Source of the DNA: Podospora anserina
Taxonomy: Eukaryota
Direction of reading: 5' to 3'
Length of the DNA stretch: 64,000 bases
Assembly: GCA_017654855.1 (NCBI GenBank)
Contig: CM030333.1
Location: forward strand, 4,464,001 to 4,528,000
Numbering within the stretch: position 1 is the stretch's first letter; every line of letters begins with the position of its first letter. The position numbers and the translations under genes were made by a program. Positions 22,276-33,722 of this stretch are shown in pieces. Below the pieces are notes generated by a model, which saw only the letters and a list, made by a program, of their open reading frames with translations, made no database searches and had not been told where the DNA came from.

Positions 22276-25200
22276 GTCTGTCCTAATGAGTCCTTGTCGG
22301 GTTTTTTCACGTTGATATTGGGTATAATCACACCACAACGCATGTTGTTGGTCAACATGTTGAAACTGCAATGATTTTGTAGTGTGATCACGGCTTGGTT
22401 GGATGGTTGGGGGGGCTACGTTTGTGACTTTTGACCAAAGGGATTACTTGGTACATGTTTTTGGTGTATTGGCTTGGATTTGTTCTATACCCCTCGGTTT
22501 ATTCGCAAACGATATGAATGTATGATGATTCTGCTTTCTGTTGTCGGGGCCTTCATCTTCGACAGCTGTGTTGCACAACCTATGTCGTAGACCGGCAGGC
22601 CGTTGTACAGAAACGATATCTGGGGCACGCGCACAGTTACCCTTCCTGCAATGTAACCAAACTTCGCTGCCGTAGGTGGTCAACAAGGCAGCAAGGTCAG
22701 ACCTGCAGAGAACGACACTAATGTATGCAGATAGCATTCGATGCCACTCATCGCTCTGCCGGGACAGACCACTGCTTCAGATCTCGAGGTGGGATGTAGC
22801 TCGAAGCTCGGCACGGCAGCCCTATCAAGCAACTCTGACCCCCCGAGATTTGTCAATCATTCGACTGAGTGGCACCTAAATGCTATCGGAAGCTGCCCCG
22901 AAAGAAGCTGGTCAGAAAATGAAGTCCTTCGGGGCAACGACATCCCACACGGTCTTGGCTTACAGCCTTACTTGTCGAATCCAAGGCACGGTAATCCATG
23001 GGTACCTAGGAGTCGAGCGGGAGGGAATCACACACCCAACAACAAAGACCAATAATTTTCAAATCTCATAGCCTTGCCTATTTCATCCCACACTTTTGGC
23101 ACACCATCTTTCAAGAGTGGTATGCGACTAACCTTTTCCCACACCATTTCTGCTTTACTATCTCGAGACAGGTATGACTCAATAGCGAGATCTCACTCTC
23201 CTATCATATAGGCCAGTGATATTGCTCCTCACACACCGCAAGTTGGTCGAGCGGTGGGGGAGTAAGGCTGCGGTCCGACGTTGGTTCGAATCCTAAAGGA
23301 TTTTTGCCCGCAAGTAGGAAAGCGGAGCCCGCTTGCCCCGTACGAGATAAATTGAGGAGTGGTAGGTGCATGACGATGGCAGTGGTGGTGGTGGTTGTCT
23401 CACAGTCCACGGGACGAATGTGGTGTGGGTGGTGTCGGATTGCTTTGCCCCGCGAGAGCTATCAAAGCTCATCCGAGCTTGAGTATCACAGCCTGCTGAC
23501 GTACCAGGCCAGTTAATAGGCCCTGTATAACCTCGACATCGGCGCGAACGTTACCGAGCCTCGCAGGTGAAGATCATAGCCAGGCATACAAGCTTCAAGC
23601 CCCCAAATGCACGGGACTAACAGACCAGACTCTCTGCCATAGTCATGTAACCAGAGCCTTAGAGCCTTGGATAATCCTCATCACTTGGACAGTATTCTCA
23701 GTCGTGTGGGATCATCAACCACCTCCAAGTCAACCCCTCGCCAGCTCAGCCGGGCAACACGCCCACAACCCGTATCCAGCATCTTTCTTTTTTCAGCCAC
23801 GATATAATTTACCCCTGAATGACGCCCAGATCGCCAATTCAGGACATCCACTCACAAGCCCACCGAAGGTCAGTACAAAAACGGGGATATGAGTTATCAT
23901 GTACTTGTATCCCTGTTTTCCCATGCTTCCCGTCCCAAGCTGTCGGATCACTCGGCTGGGGCCGCCTCACTTTCTTTCTTTGACTTTTTGCAGGTGGGCC
24001 AAAATATGCAAGTGAGATCTCTAAGTCTTGACAGCAGTTTTGGCTCCGGCTCCGGGTTGGCTATGGAAAGTAAACCTGCGGTGTGGTCAGACAAACAATA
24101 CACCTAGTATACTCCTCTTCGATCGGTATCACGTACTTTTCTACTGAGGTTGGATTCTGGTGTCATATTCCTTCATGTTCACGTTATACAATCTCATTGA
24201 GTGTATTTCAAGAATTGGCAGACTGTCTATTTTACAATTACCCCTTTTGGTCGGGTACACTCCGTATTTGAGCATGACTTTCCAAACGGGCAACATGAGA
24301 AGTGCAGGTCGGGGGCTCAACAACATGCCACAAATGCAAGATGAGGCTCATAAACGAACTACAAGGGAAAAGTGCAGTTCGAGGCTCTAATGTGAGCAGG
24401 AGAAAACTTTATCTTGATGTCTTTAGGGTTTGGTTTCTGTAAGGGAGAAGTGCATATTTTCCGGATAGGCGGGCTGTTCTACAGTCAACTGCCGCGGTGA
24501 AAAAGATTTATTCGAGGAAATGTACCGTTCAAGGTAGACTTTGATATATTCATCAAAAATGTACTCAGTTCAAACAGAATAGGTATGTAAACATTGGGAA
24601 TTGACGTTGATGCCAAATGTTACAGTAGGCTATTTCCACTCTGATGTTCTTTCCAACCACCAACCGGAACCTGGGTTATATGACACGACAAAAGATATAT
24701 ACTCGCAGAGACTAGCTCGAGACATTTCAACTACGCCTTTCAAGTTTAGAGACCCCACAAGGAGGAGACTGTGAAGTACTGGATCTTGCTGGGTGGTCCT
24801 CTTTGGCCGGCGGTAGCTGCGTCGTCATCTTGGTGATGTGCCAAGGACAATATAGGAGATTTGACGTTTCAAGAACGGTATCACGAGAATCAAAAGTATC
24901 TATGCACACTCTAACTACACATGAACATACTCATCGCGGGATTGACTACCTACGCGGCTTGCGTTATGGGATGATAAAAAAAAGACCTAGTGTAAAGTTG
25001 AGATCAAGACACATGAGATGAATTCCCTAGAGAACTACCATGCATGCAGACATACATATGTACACCAACAGGTCAAGGACTAAACCATCAATCTATGCTG
25101 TAAATTCACATCAGGTATCTCTCTATCTCCTTCATGCTCTGCGATGTCATCAGATCAGACCCCCGACTGTACATCTCGCATACCCCCCATCCACAGCCTC

Positions 25201-25534
25201 TTCCCGCGGCCAACACAAAACAGATGCATATCTGCACCTCGCAGTTACTGACGCTTGTAGCCCATCCCCAAACACATCGCCAGAACTGGATAGAGTGACC
25301 GTGTCGATATATGAGACATTGGGTATTACCAGCGAGTGTGGACTGACGCTTGATGTCGCTTTCCCCCCACTCCGTCGTTTATTTTACGCAAACATGCTGT
25401 CAAAAAACCAAAATACCTATAAACGCCATGCGCCGCCCCAGACACACGAAAGCCAACCATCCAGGTGAACACCGAGCAATGTCAGAACGCCCTGAACAGA
25501 GCAGTAAATGATCCCACGATCCAACTTTTTACGC

Positions 25535-26988
25535 TTATTCCTGGTACTCCTTTTGGAGGTAGACGCACGATACCATGGCGTGATCACGCTCATAGGGTTC
25601 TGAGTATGATAGTTAGCATTTGGATCATTGTATTTCAAGACAAATCATCTGTCGTGGGACTTACCAAGAGTAAGTTGCTCCTTGGGAACAAACTTGTCCT
25701 CACGGAGCTTCTGGACTTCGCTGGCAAACACTTGCTCAGGGGGCGCTGTGCTGTCAATGCAGGACGCCTTGATGGAGATGAGAAGACCACCACCCTGCTT
25801 CAGGAACAACTTGGCGTTGATACCGACAATTCTGGCCTGATCGGGCTGGGCAACATCGGCGAAGATGACATCGACCATCGGCAAAAGCATGCGGTAGGCC
25901 ATGGGCTTCCGGGCGTCCTCAACGATGGGAATGACGTTTGTGCGGCGGGTCTAGTGAAGAGTCAGTATTTCACGATTTTGCAATCGAATGACGGGCTTCA
26001 ACGTACAGCCATGTTGATAAGATCTCTGCCAGAGCGGTGAGAGAACTCAACTGCGTAGACGGAACCGGTAGGGCCGACGATATCGGCAACGTGGGAAACG
26101 GAGGTACCGGACGCAGCACCGAGGTAGAGGACCTTGGAACCGGGCTTCATGTAGATGGTCTCGAGACCACCGAGGATACCGGCAGCCAACTTGGAACGGA
26201 AAGGATTCCAGATCTGAAGTCCATGTTGTTAGCGCATGTTCATGGAAAACGCTGATAGCCAAGACTAGCACTCTGCGACTGAAAAACTTACGCGGTACTC
26301 GGTCTTGGTGGCGTTGCCCTCGTCGTTCTTGCCAGTCTCAACAGAGATTCTCTTCTCGCCGTAGACAGACTCGCCAGGTACAAGGTTGGCAGTGGCGAGC
26401 AAATCCTCCTTTCCACCGCGGGCAACGAAGACGCCCTTGTGACGATGGGGCTCGACGATGACCTTCTTGCCGCCAGCAGCACCACCGGCACCACCACCGC
26501 GACCACCACCGCGGCCACTGTTGAATTGGTTAGCATCTGCCATAGTGGCTCGTAGATCGACATTCAACGTACCCACGACCACCACGGGCAGGACCGCCAC
26601 GGCCACCGCCGCGAGGACCACCGCGGGCACCACCACGGGCACCACCACGACCGCCGAAACCGGCTATGTATTCAGTCAGCAAATGTCATCGGAAATGTTG
26701 AGGCGAGAGAAGACAGCAAAGTAGCAGGCCGGAGGAGAGGCGCAGGAGATCGCAAACTTTGGAGGGAAGCGAAGATCGAAAACTTCATTCGCAATCCTCG
26801 GCGCGCAGAATCTGAGCACTCGCATCGTCCGAAAGCAAAGCCATCGCAATCCAATGCCGTCAATTGATACCAGAAAAGAGAATCTAGGACTTACCACCAC
26901 CGCGGCCACCACCGCGTCCACCACGGTCACCACCACGGAAGTTGCCTCCCCCGCGACCACCGCCTCTTCCACCGCGCTCAAAGCCCAT
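25535..26988 (-). CDS. NOP1: Fibrillarin, rRNA 2'-O-methyltransferase; 6 exons (introns 26664-26894, 26518-26572, 26214-26291, 25951-26006, 25600-25664)
   Basis: GAR/RGG N-terminus, [67 protein letters not shown]. Confidence 0.97.
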
Positions 26989-27405
26989 TATGACGGTTGG
27001 TTGTGTCTGTAAATCGGATATAAGATCGTCGTGGGTATGTCTGTCGACGCCGAATCAGATGTGTTGCGCAAAGAGTTGTTGAGGACACAATGGGTTGATT
27101 TGCGCGGCTCTGTCGAGATGCTCAAAGAGCTTGTTGGAGCTGGATGCAAAATTTCCTAACACCCCAGAAAAAATGAGTGGAGCACCGATCAACTTTTTGT
27201 CGCCTCGGTGGTGGATTCTTCCGACATTCTGAGTGGCTGGGCATCTTGCTGTGAATCTGGTAAAGGTCCGTGCAGTATTGTTATCGTCTTATCGGCTTGG
27301 TGGGGCTGCAATTGGGAAAGTTTTCTGCACTTGCCCGCCGCCAAGATTTTCTTCTGCCTCAGGCCAACACCGCTCCCGCACAAGCCAATCGAACACCACC
27401 CACCG

Positions 27406-27413
27406 AGCCCTAA
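27406..27413 (+). promoter_or_regulatory. AGCCCTAA ribosomal-protein-gene promoter element in the NOP1/RPL17 divergent promoter
   Basis: Motif about 100 bp upstream of the RPL17 ATG; resembles the element I recall from Neurospora ribosomal-protein promoters. Confidence 0.45.
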
Positions 27414-27509
27414 TCGCGAAATTGAATTTGGCTCCAAAATTTGGTAACCGTCATTCCTTGAACATCACCAAATTCGGCCGATCTCGCCTCTAATCGACAA
27501 GCAGTCAAG

Positions 27510-28512
27510 ATGGTGAGTAGCCCTTGCGAAATCAATTCCCGAAGTCATTTTCGAGCGCCGTTCGAAGCCCCCGTCGAAATTTTGCTGCTGGACCTTTGCG
27601 GAATTCCGTCCGGGATGGAGGATGGAGCTATTGCGGAAACCGACGAGGGGGAGGGAAATGTTGAAGCAATCGCCAGGAACCATGCTGACCATGGTTTTAT
27701 CACGACATTAGGTTCGGTACGCTGCGACTGAGATTTCCCCGGTGAAGTCCGCCCGCTCCCGCGGCTCTTACCTCCGTGTTTCTTTCAAGAACACCCGCGA
27801 GACTGCCCAGGCCATCAACGGCTGGAAGCTCCAGCGCGCCCAGACCTTCCTCCAGAATGTCATTGACAAGAAGGAGGCCGTCCCTATGAGACGCTACTGC
27901 GGCTCCATCGGCCGTACTGCTCAAGGTACGAATAATCATCGATTTCCCGACGTAAACACATCGGAAGCTTTGGACATGGAGATTTGGGATTGGGATGGGA
28001 TTGGATACCGGAACGATTACAAGCTCCACGACTACAAGACTGGTGAAGGATGGATATGGCTATGAGAATGTTGGGCTGACTGTGATGGAAATGTAGGCAA
28101 GCAGTTCGGTGTCACCCGTGCCCGCTGGCCCGCCAAGTCCGCCGAGTTCCTCCTCGGTCTCCTTAAGAACGCCGAGTCCAACGCCGACTCCAAGGGTCTT
28201 GACACTGGCAACCTCGTTGTCAAGCACATCCAGGTCAACCAGGCCCCCAAGCAGCGCCGCCGCACATACCGCGCCCACGGTCGCGTACGTATCTTCGAAT
28301 CCGAGAACATCTCCAGCGGGGAGTGAGAGGGGAGGGACACACAGGCTAACATATGGCAGATCAACCCCTACATGTCCAACCCCTGCCACATCGAGCTTAT
28401 CCTCACCGAGGCTGAGGAGACCGTCGCCAAGTCCGAGGCCGTTGTCCGTGAGGAGCACCTCAACAGCAGACAGCGTGGCGTTCGCGTCCGCCAGGCCCTC
28501 ACCGCCGCCTAA
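27510..28512 (+). CDS. RPL17: 60S ribosomal protein L17 (uL22); ATG-only first coding exon, introns 27513-27711, 27926-28096, 28285-28359
   Basis: [36 protein letters not shown]...[23 protein letters not shown]...[25 protein letters not shown]. Confidence 0.97.
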
Positions 28513-29091
28513 ACGGTTGGTCGTGTGGTGATGTTCGGGACGTCGGGGTATCTTTTGACTGGGGCTTGATTTTTCCGGAAACGGTGTACTGCGAGCATGG
28601 CATTCTTTCGGGTCAGGGCTACGATTCCAGAGGAAAAAGGAGTCGGTCACGAATACTCAATAAAAACAATTGAGAAACCATGAACGCGGGAAACGGGGTT
28701 ATAAAAGGCGCAAACCGAATTTTATTTGCTTGACTCGACTCTCGGCCGAGGCTGCCTTGCCCGTTTGATAGCTGAAGATACCCAGCGTCTCAGTCATCTT
28801 GCGTCTCTCATCCGTGTGAAGCGACTATGCATGCCGTGGTGCTGTGGAGGGCAGTTTGGGGCTGTAGTGATACCATAGGGTGATTCCTAACCATTGAGCT
28901 TGTCGAACATATCTGGGTCTTGTTGCATATTGATGATTATGGTCTTGTGACACCGGTGCTTGCTACGATGATATCATAAATGATTCTCCAACATAACACA
29001 CTCAATGCCGTCCACATTCGCATGCTTATGCCTACATGGACACATGCAGCTCATACCGCTCACTAGAACAGATTCCGCTCCCAGGTACGCT

Positions 29092-30145
29092 CTATCCCTC
29101 CATCTCAACATCCTCCCCACCCCCACCTCTCCCCTTCCGTCTCTCCTCTATCCTCTTGACCATCTTCTGCTTCCCTTGCCCAACCCAACTCTTGTACCCA
29201 TCCTCCCCTCCCTCCTTCAGCCTATACTCCACTACCCCCTTCAGCACCTCCCCGGCAAACCCAACAAAGTTGTGCTTCCTCAACGCGTTCTCAAACTGCC
29301 AATCCCTCCTCTTTTGCTCCTCCCGCTCCAACAACTCCACATCGCCCAACTCCCTCGCCCTGATCCTCAAGTCTCTCGTCATGGCCAAGAGGTTAAACCT
29401 AATCTCTGCGTCGCCATATCTCGCAATCCGGCGCTGAATCACCTCCATGACCTTTTCAGGGAAGCTCTCCTGCGTGCAAGGCCCATGGGAGATGGGAGCA
29501 GGCTGGAGGCCGTCCAGTTCGTAAAGGGTCCCGTTAAAGGGCGTGTAAGCGATAAAATGAAACGCATCTTCCGTCTCGTCGTTTGGGTTGCGGGTTGTCT
29601 CATCCACAAAGGGAGACGATTTGGCAAAAGAGTTGTGCGTGTCTCTTATGACATCTGAATTGGAAAGCGCCTCGCCGCGGAACTCGGGGGGGAGGTCGAT
29701 GGTGAAGTCGCGGAAGTCTTTGAGGACGGGGCCGATGTCGATTTTTGTTTCTTCGTCGTCGGAGCCGGAGGTTTTGTTGAGGAGGACGGAGAGGAGGGCT
29801 TGGGTCCCGCAGGCGTTGGGGATTGTCTGGGCGGCGAAGAAGAGCTTGTTTTCGGCGATGGAGTGGTCGAATGTTCCGTCGAGGGGCTTGTCGCCGGTGG
29901 CGCGGTAAGGGGCGTCGGTTGGGTATTTGAAGAGGAAGATGACGCCGTAGACGGGGTGGAGCTCGGCCAGGGAGGAGGGGTCGAGGGTGAGGAGTTCTTC
30001 GAATTGGACGTTGCGGACGCCGAGGTTGGTTAGGAGGTAGGTGAAGACGCCGGCGTCGGATTCGACTGGGGAGGGTTAGTATGGGGTGTTTGGTCGGGGA
30101 TGGGGAGGGGGAGGGAGACATACTGGTATTCCAGCTTCCACTCAT
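29092..30145 (-). CDS. UCH37: Ubiquitin C-terminal hydrolase, UCH37/UCHL5 type; intron 30066-30123
   Basis: WNTIESDAGVFT, YGVIFLFKY, FFAAQTIPNACGTQA (catalytic Cys), AFHFIAY, LYELDGL, C-terminal ENALRKHNF. Confidence 0.93.
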
Positions 30146-30866
30146 TTTGCTGGTTGGGGTTGACAGGTTACTCGGTCGAGGAGATGTCTGTCTCGAGGGT
30201 GGGATATTGTTTCGTTGGGCGGGTGACCCAAAAATTAGTATCTGATCGAACAGGGAAAGCCGTTGAGCCCGACGGGTCGATTGCGTGGCTCAGGGAGCTG
30301 TATGTAAACCGAGCTACAGGCCTCAAGAATGTTTTTCGGCACTTGGGATTTTCTTGCAATGATGCGGTTCATCAACAGCTGGAACGTTGCAGGTCCGATA
30401 AGATAAGATGATGGATGATGCAAGCTTGGGAGCCTGGGCTGTCCAGCTTTCTTGGCGACGACAGCTGCGTGCCGGCTGATAGGTTTGCATCTTTTCCCAA
30501 ATAATGTCACCAGAGCAACGATGCAGCCCCTGAAAGCCCCTAAAGATGATGAACTATCTCGGTGCCTTTTATCCAACAGACCGTTTTCAAAAACATAGAT
30601 ACAAGAAAAAAATAAAATGACGAGAAAAGAAAAAAACAGGACACAGACATATATAAACACCGGAAATCTAAGTCCGACTCGCTGCCTGTACCTTCGACCC
30701 AGTATCCTCAAACGTGAAAGACAAAATGCAAGCAAAACAGCAGCCAATCCAACCAGATTCCCGAACCAGAATCGAATCTAATTCCTCTACCATCTACCAC
30801 AGATTTGATCCCCCATCCACCATCTCACGGCCTTGGGTAATAAACCAACTCCTCCTCCAGCCCCCT

Positions 30867-33722
30867 TTACAACCCCGTCGCAGCAGCAGCAGTACTCTTA
30901 TCCTCCACCGCCGCCGTCGAGTTATTCGGACTCACCCGATGCCTCGAGCTCCCACCGCTCCCATCATTCGACCCCAGCTGAAAAGTCGAGTTCCTACCTC
31001 GGCGCTTGGTCCTAAGCCAAAAGATGGCCTCGCCGATTTTGCGAAAAAGCCAGGGGCGCTCGCCGGGGGGTCGCCAGGTCCAGTATTCTTTCATGTCGTA
31101 GTTTTCGGGCATGATGGTGCCCCGGGATAGTTTGATGATGGCCCAGATGCAGAGGTTTATGCCCGCGTAGGAGAAGATGCCGCTGGGGGGGTTAGCTGGG
31201 GGTGGACGGGAAAGCGAGGAGGGGGGGAAGGGGCTTACGCGAGAAGGCCGTAGGCTACACTGTAGGTAAAGGGGATAAAGGCCAGGGTGATGAATGAAGG
31301 GACTGCGTCACCGATGTACGCCCAGTTGATTTTGGTCACTTGTCGGATCATTAGGCAGCCGACCTGTCAGTCGTGTTAGCTTGGTTAGCCTAGAAGAGAG
31401 GAAGTTCGCTTACCAGCATCAGAGTACATCCAGTAGCCCAAGGCGGAATTGAAGCAAATATAGGGGCAAAGAAAATACACAGGAAGAAACAAAATCCAGC
31501 AGTGACAGCCGTCAGCCCAGTCCGACCACCCTCAGCAATACCAGCACCGCTCTCAATGAAAGCCGTAACTGGTGAGCATCCGAGGAGCGCCCCGAGCGAG
31601 ATACAAATCGAGTCTATGCAGAATGCAGTGGTTGAGCGGGGAAAGTCCTTATCTTTACCTGTTGTCCGTCTGCAAAACCGAGCCATGGAATAGAGTGTTG
31701 CCGTGCAGTCGATGATATCCACATAGAGGAGGGTGATCAAAGCGACAAGCACTTTGGTGTCGAATTTTTCACCCAAGTCCCATTGGATCTGGCCGAGGGT
31801 GTGTTTGATGGGGTGGAAAGCGACAATTTGGCGGAAGTATGTGAAGCGACGGTTGCCATCGTCCGTATCGGGGAAGTACGTGACGGCTGTGTTGCGTCTG
31901 GAGAAGGTTAGCATCCGAGTAGATAATGACAAAGAATTCCTAGGGTTTCTTACGGCCAAGACAGGATTGAAACCAAAGCAATGCCAATGACGATTGAAGC
32001 TCGAACCTTGAAAGCCATCAGGAACACCACGAACAGACCACCGAGACAAATACCAATCCACATCTGTGAAGTACTAAGTTAGCGTGCAAGTAACTCGGGA
32101 TTTGGTTTGGGGATTTACCTTTGGGTTGGTCATGACCTCTCCAGTACACTCGCCATATTGATCCAAGGAACTAGCTGGACAACCGCCAATAGCCAAGGGT
32201 GTACTGATAGCTCCCGTGATGATGCCAATTCCAGAGGAATATGACATACCGATGAGTGTGAGAAACAGACCGATGCCAACACCACTGGCCGTTTTGATGG
32301 TACCGGGAATAATCTTGACCAGCCAGTGTCGCATACCAGTGAGGGCTAGAAACATGAAAATCCATCCTTCAATGAAGACAGCGGTGAGAGCAGTCTTATA
32401 GGGAATCGAGCCGGTCCCCTTTGCGCCAACGACTTGGTAAGTGAAGTAGGCATTCAAGCCCATGCCAGGACTGTGGAAGTGTCAGGACAATACGCTTCAA
32501 CATCGAATAAGGAGCATCTTACCCAAGACAGACAGGGAGGTTGGTGAAAAGACCAAACAGAATGCTGGAGAAAGCGGCCACCGCAGCTGTGGCAGTGATA
32601 AGATCCAGCTTGACCTCTGATTTCTTGTCAGTATGTGTGACACATGAAGTATATGCTTTCATGGATTTTCAACTGACCTTCGTAGCAAGCTGTCCACTCC
32701 TTGTTGTTTACACAGTTGCCCGCGTTGTCGAGTGGTTTTTTGCATTCGCAATCGAACCCCGTGTCTGCGAGAATGGAGGCCTGTGAGGGTGTCAGAATAC
32801 CAAGTGTAAGGAATATGCCGCAACGACACCTTACGTTGACGGCAATGATGTAGGACATGGTGGCAAATGTAGTGAGGCCAGCCCGCAACTCTGTAGAGAA
32901 GTTGGCATCGGGAATACTCTTAGGCTGTGGTAGAAGCATGTCAGCCGCCAGTGTTCTGTTTCTCTTACTTGGAGCCATACTCACTCCGCTCCCCTTGAGG
33001 TTGAACACCCGGCCAACGACCGAGTTGTTCATTCGCTCATCAACCCTCCCAACGCGGTCCTTGAAGGAGTCAAGTGCCCGTGCCTTCCAGCTTCTGTGCC
33101 TTGTGGGCAGACTCCCATCAGCATGGTCATCAGCCTCAGGCGCCGAACAGCTCCCGACAGGTCCCATCTCAATCCCAGCGCTGCGAATGTCAGTATGAAA
33201 ATTCATTGAGTCATGAGTGACAAACGGAAGCAGAAACGGGCAAGGCAATCCGAGGGGAAGCGAGAGAAGGAAATGACTGAATCAATCAACCCCGCCGCCC
33301 AGGGGTCGTTGTGTGTGTACTCCGCAGCCCAGACAGCCCCTTGTTAAGAGCGCGCGTGTGGGCAAAGAGAGCCTTGTTTCTCGGAAACAATCGAGCTCGG
33401 GGCATACAAGGATAGTGGAGGGGTACTCAGAGATCCCCAGAAGAATGAGGCACGACGGTGAAGCAATGCCCGGTTCCACGGCATTCCAACTTAAATGGCC
33501 GTCCAGAGCACCAGACGCCCTGTCTGACCGGCCCTGTCCGGGGTGAACCAGAAGACCTGGGACAAGTGCCGCAGCTGACCGACCCGGAGGCACGGCAGGG
33601 TGACAGCGGCAGCAAAGGGAATTCGACTGTTCAAGGAGATTGACAGGGCGGAGACAAACTCACGGCTTTTTCTTCGGACCCAGCTCAGGGCTCTCCCACG
33701 AGAAGTGGTCAAAGTGGTCCAT
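30867..33722 (-). CDS. AzgA-family purine (xanthine/uracil/vitamin C-type) permease, multi-exon; first intron 33181-33663
   Basis: ELRAGLTTFATMSYIIAVN, PGMGLNAYF, GIGLFLTLIG, SPVTAFIESGAGIAEGGRTGLTA, FAPIFASIPPWATG. Upstream exon MDHFDHFSWESPELGPKKKP joins in phase to AGIEMGP. Confidence 0.9.

Noticed and set aside
23230-23305. GGTTCGAATCC (tRNA T-loop/B-box) motif
   Set aside because: The T-stem does not pair and I could not build an acceptor or anticodon stem; at most an isolated B-box.
25108-25155. TGATGA...CTGA C/D-like pair downstream of NOP1 (minus strand)
   Set aside because: Only about 45 nt, too short for a guide snoRNA, with no recognisable rRNA complement.
27926-28096. Long RPL17 intron 2 as snoRNA host
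   Set aside because: No box C/D pair in the correct order and no evident H/ACA; only short imperfect repeats.
33181-33663. TPP riboswitch in the permease intron
   Set aside because: The conserved CTGAGA and GATC...GATAAT...GCG core is absent.
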